The notes under the pieces are model-generated. The model was not told where the DNA came from and searched no databases. It was given only the letters and a program-made list of their open reading frames with translations. The position numbers and the translations under genes are program-made. Of a DNA stretch of 64,000 bases, positions 60,829-64,000 are shown in pieces. This stretch comes from a virus, in the IMG/VR virus record IMGVR_UViG_3300029266_000670, positions 4,806 to 68,805 of that record; one strand, written 5' to 3'. Numbering within the stretch: the stretch's first letter is position 1; every line of letters begins with the position of its first letter.

Positions 60829-60829
60829 T

Positions 60830-61429
60830 TTAGTTCTCCTTGTTCCAGAGTACCTTCAAAGTCTTATCGTAGACCATAAGGTATCTGTGTTTTCTACTTC
60901 GTTGGCGCCACTCTCCGTCGAGTCCGCTCATCTTACCTCTACTATGCTTTAAGAATGATCCATCTTCTTGTTTGATCCAGAAATCTTTCTTTGAATCGGA
61001 CAAACCATAGTAATTAAAATTTGATGCTTTGTAGATCGTACCTTCATGGTAATCTGCATCAGCATAACTTAACACCGCTCTAACCATAGTTGTTTTTCGC
61101 AACCTTCGCAGACATCTTGAAACGAACCATGACGCCAGATTTTTTTCACTTCCTTGGACGGATGGGTGCAGACACAACCTGCTAAGTTCGAAAAGTCCGT
61201 CCTGCTGATTACGTTGTAACCCGAATGCTGATTGTGCCAATTCGGGAACTGGTAATCCTGTGAAAATGCATACCCCAAGAAGTCCTTCTGATGAAATTGT
61301 TTCGTCTCGAAAGAGTCCATAGTTATATCCACTCTTAAATCCACGGGAATGATCCTTCAAGTAATGGTATTCAAGAAGTAAATCTTTTGCATCTTTTTTA
61401 CCAATACGATAGATCGTAAAATTCTTCAT
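60830..61429 (-). CDS. Mom-like GNAT DNA-modification protein
   Basis: YHYL...GVCIF...FELSRLC...ASWFVSRCLR.L...VLSYAD...HEGTIYKASNF.Y.G...KHRY. Confidence 0.85.
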   Translation of the reverse strand: MKNFTIYRIGKKDAKDLLLEYHYLKDHSRGFKSGYNYGLFRDETISSEGLLGVCIFTGLPVPELAQSAFGLQRNQQDGLFELSRLCLHPSVQGSEKNLASWFVSRCLRRLRKTTMVRAVLSYADADYHEGTIYKASNFNYYGLSDSKKDFWIKQEDGSFLKHSRGKMSGLDGEWRQRSRKHRYLMVYDKTLKVLWNKEN

Positions 61430-61431
61430 AA

Positions 61432-61504
61432 AGCGTCTAGACGGACTCGAACCGTCAACATTTAGTTTGGAAAACTAACACTCTACCAATTGAGTTATAG
61501 ACGC
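61432..61504 (-). tRNA. trnG: tRNA-Gly(TCC)
   Basis: GCGTCTA...TTAGT-TTTCCAA-ACTAA...GGTTCGAGTCC...TAGACGC T. Confidence 0.93.
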
Positions 61505-61510
61505 ATTGGT

Positions 61511-61538
61511 GGGGGGAGGAATTGCAATTCCTCCCCCC
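61511..61538. repeat. Perfect 28-bp palindrome / hairpin
   Basis: GGGGGGAGGAATTGCAATTCCTCCCCCC. Confidence 0.85.
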
Positions 61539-61556
61539 CAACAGAACCCTGTATGA

Positions 61557-61829
61557 TCAGGCGATCATGAAACGACTTCCGTCGTTGGCGAACCCGTACA
61601 TGCGGGTGCCAGGGTGAGTGTCCTGCATCGAGTAGCGGATGCTACCGTTAGCACACGACTCGGTCGTGATCTCCCAGTTTCCGAAGCACTCAACCTGCGA
61701 CTTGATGTCGCTGATGGTGGCCCGAAGGTTACCGACACCGAATCGGCTCTTGGCTTCCCGAGGGGTGAGGCCCTTACCGTTGGAGAGATAGTTCATGACC
61801 TTACGACGCTTGGTGGTGGTGTTGCTCAT
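61557..61829 (-). CDS. Winged helix-turn-helix DNA-binding protein
   Basis: KVMNYL..GKGLTPREAKSRFGVGNLRATISDIK; strong promoter and GGAG SD. Confidence 0.75.
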   Translation of the reverse strand: MSNTTTKRRKVMNYLSNGKGLTPREAKSRFGVGNLRATISDIKSQVECFGNWEITTESCANGSIRYSMQDTHPGTRMYGFANDGSRFMIA

Positions 61830-61911
61830 AGTGGCAATACTCCGATTGTGGATGCTGTTTTCGTTTAAGAGTCTTGGAATCGCATCCGTGTTCCTCGACT
61901 CGACTGTGTAA

Positions 61912-61939
61912 ATTATACCAGATCTGTGTTCGTTGTCAA
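61912..61939 (-). promoter_or_regulatory. Sigma70 promoter TTGACA-N16-TATAAT with extended TG
   Basis: Perfect hexamers, with A-tracts upstream. Confidence 0.8.
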
Positions 61940-61972
61940 CCCTCTTGGAGAGTTTTTCCGAAGTTTTTTAAA

Positions 61973-62045
61973 TACCCCCTGAAGGACTCGAACCTTCGAC
62001 CTGCGGCTTAAAAGGCCGATGCTCTACCAACTGAGCTAAGAGGGC
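61973..62045 (-). tRNA. trnK: tRNA-Lys(TTT)
   Basis: GCCCTCT...CGGC-CTTTTAA-GCCG...GGTTCGAGTCC. Confidence 0.95.
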
Positions 62046-62240
62046 AAAAGATGCGGGTGGCGAATCCCGCTTACGCCTGGAGTTTTGGGTACGGTAATCT
62101 CTAAACCGCCAAGGTGCTGGGGACTGGTTAACCTAGAACCACCTGAGTTTTTGTGTTCAGGTCACTGTCATAATAGATTATAAATTATTTAACAGTCATA
62201 TATTGTTGATCATTCCCACATGGTTTACGTCCTTAGAAGT

Positions 62241-62825
62241 TTATGTCCTTACCAGTACTCCACTATTATACTCTAGAAGAAGTTCCTTGTCAATCCAACT
62301 AGGGACTTTATCTGGATTTTTCCATCGGGCAAATCTCAGTTTGTCTCCGATGTAATACTGCCTATAGGCTTCCACTGAATCTTGCCTCTTGTAATCATTA
62401 GGCATTGCTTGGGCAAAGGATGACCGCATAGAATCATTAGGCATGTTTTTGGGGTAGTTGACTCGAAGGTATTCGATGACATCCTGAGATCCATGCCTCT
62501 TGTCGTACCGTCGTGTGTATTCCTCGCACATTTCGAGAGCATGGATAGACAACCAGAGGTAGTTCTGTAGACTCTCCATCGTCCACTGAGTACACGGGTG
62601 TCCACGCATCGTGGACTTGTACAGGACGCTCTCACGCTCGTCTGAGAGGATCCATCGGGTGTATCTACGTCCGTTCTTGGTACGATCCTCGAAGCGATCT
62701 CCGTCGAGGCAACGATGCGCCGTCGAGAGCATCTGTGCCGATTCGATAGGCATCTTGACGATGTGCTGATCACACAATTCGATTGCGGCAGTTTTTGGAT
62801 TACTTTGTACGGCAAATATGTTCAT
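62241..62825 (-). CDS. Pyrimidine-dimer DNA glycosylase-family (DenV-related) protein
   Basis: MNIF....NP..AA...CDQHIVKM..ESAQMLSTAH, HPCTQW, EYTRRY.K.H, FAQAMP..YK..D.VEAYR.YY. Confidence 0.85.
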   Translation of the reverse strand: MNIFAVQSNPKTAAIELCDQHIVKMPIESAQMLSTAHRCLDGDRFEDRTKNGRRYTRWILSDERESVLYKSTMRGHPCTQWTMESLQNYLWLSIHALEMCEEYTRRYDKRHGSQDVIEYLRVNYPKNMPNDSMRSSFAQAMPNDYKRQDSVEAYRQYYIGDKLRFARWKNPDKVPSWIDKELLLEYNSGVLVRT

Positions 62826-63628
62826 TCTAGTCCTGTTCTATAGGGGGGAGTCATATCTTTGACCCTTTCATATCTTGGTTTACCCCAGCGATTATACCAG
62901 AGATCTACGATATCTTCAAGAGACCTATTTTCACACGGTCGGTAATACACTCCTCGTTTCTTTCCATGCTTTAGGTTGTTCTTCAATCCTCTTGCCTTAT
63001 TATAGGCAGATATTCTTCGCATCCGAGGATTACTACCCGCACCAAAGGCACAGGAAGGAATAGGCACATCGTTCTCCTTCATCCACTTCAGCATCTCTCT
63101 GTAAGCGTCCTCAGAGACATGTTCGTGTCCGTATCCCTTCGTATACCCTAAGAACCGAAAGACGCGGTTGTACTGCGTCCCTCGTCCATACAGAGACGTT
63201 GTGATGACTCCTTGGAGGGTATCTCCGTAGGATCTGTGGTAATGATCAGAGACGATCCTAGACGCTCCTAGAGACGCTATGAGTTTGCCTATATTCCAGT
63301 ACCATGCAAGAGGCTGTAGTCCAACACAGACTGACATGTCAACATACTGCCTAAGAGATCTGCCTTTTTCAGACTTATCTTTAGGCAGATTGAGGTACTC
63401 GTCTCGGACTCCAAGATTGATCACTGGACTGGCAAAAGACAAAGCACCAATCACCTGAGTATCATGGAAAACCATAAAACCAAATTTGCGGCCTGGTGCA
63501 GGACGCCAGACCGCTTTGCTAATTTCTTTCTGGATCTTTACCACTTCAGACATCGATACCAGAGACATCGATATTTTTTGGGGATCTAGATTTATTAGTT
63601 CATGAGTGTGATTGATCGGGGAGATCAT
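62822..63628 (-). CDS. DUF4338 (DruA-like, GNAT-related) protein
   Basis: PGR...V....VIG..SFASP.I.L..RDEYL...QP......GKLIA...TTSLYG...QY.R....LG.T.G. Confidence 0.75.
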   Translation of the reverse strand: MISPINHTHELINLDPQKISMSLVSMSEVVKIQKEISKAVWRPAPGRKFGFMVFHDTQVIGALSFASPVINLGVRDEYLNLPKDKSEKGRSLRQYVDMSVCVGLQPLAWYWNIGKLIASLGASRIVSDHYHRSYGDTLQGVITTSLYGRGTQYNRVFRFLGYTKGYGHEHVSEDAYREMLKWMKENDVPIPSCAFGAGSNPRMRRISAYNKARGLKNNLKHGKKRGVYYRPCENRSLEDIVDLWYNRWGKPRYERVKDMTPPYRTGLE

Positions 63629-63993
63629 TTAGGGAGGGGTGCCTCGTAAAAAACTTTAATACCCAATGCTCTAGCTAAGGCAAGTTCAGCATTTGCTCCC
63701 TTGCTCTTCTCCCACCCAGACATCATGTAGATTGCCGTACACTGATCACAGATAGAGTCCATGTCCCGCTTCAGTGCGGCACGCATAAACTCATGGTCCT
63801 CGTAGCAGTTGTCTGGATCAAAGTCGTAAGAGGGCGAAGTAGGTTTGCCCTGTTCACGATCCAGTTCTGCTGGATTGATTACCTGCCAACCCTGCTCACG
63901 AAGCACACGGGCGCATCGATCAAAGGCAGGGTAGTTGTAGTTCTCAAACCCACGCATGGGTCCGGCGACATAGATTGTTGGTTCTCGTTCCAT
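63625..63993 (-). CDS. DUF4406 / nucleoside 2-deoxyribosyltransferase-like protein
   Basis: IYVAGPMRG..NYNYPAF...L...G..VINPAE...CTAIYM..GWEKSKGA..E..LA..LG. Confidence 0.85.
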   Translation of the reverse strand: MEREPTIYVAGPMRGFENYNYPAFDRCARVLREQGWQVINPAELDREQGKPTSPSYDFDPDNCYEDHEFMRAALKRDMDSICDQCTAIYMMSGWEKSKGANAELALARALGIKVFYEAPLPK

Positions 63994-64000
63994 AACAAAT

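Noticed and set aside
62336-62815. 159-aa same-strand overlapping ORF in the DenV-like gene
   Set aside because: Explained by locally high GC3; low-complexity Ser/Arg/Thr product and no SD.

Overview
A 64-kb stretch of a T4-like (Tevenvirinae/Kyanoviridae-type) contractile-tailed myophage genome in the standard genetic code, probably from an uncultured aquatic phage. Bases 1-46.5 kb (minus strand) hold the conserved late block: uvsW, uvsY, genes 3, 23, 22, 21, 20, 19, 18, 17, 16, 15, 14, 13, a cluster of fibre/receptor-binding proteins, a VrlC-like protein, and baseplate genes 8, 7, 6, 25, PAAR, 5, hub, 53 and 48. A plus-strand operon (4, 2, 54, 26, 51, probable tape measure) follows, then genes 32 and 33 and two large orphan ORFs. 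The window ends in an accessory region with five tRNAs, structured non-coding RNAs, an Sm-like protein, a deaminase and Mom/DUF4338/DUF4406/DenV-like genes. The most notable observations are: (1) a probable programmed -1 frameshift (T TTT TTT) joining gp26 to gp51 just upstream of the tape-measure candidate, like lambda G/GT; (2) a G-x-[T/S] motif that appears enriched across virion proteins, possibly a modification sequon; (3) a promoter-driven, multibranch ~190-nt RNA and other hairpin RNAs beside an Sm-like gene; (4) a catalytically dead dCMP-deaminase homologue; (5) an ATACATA late-promoter variant and several apparently leaderless genes. All calls come from reading motifs and synteny by eye; no database searches or folding programs were run.
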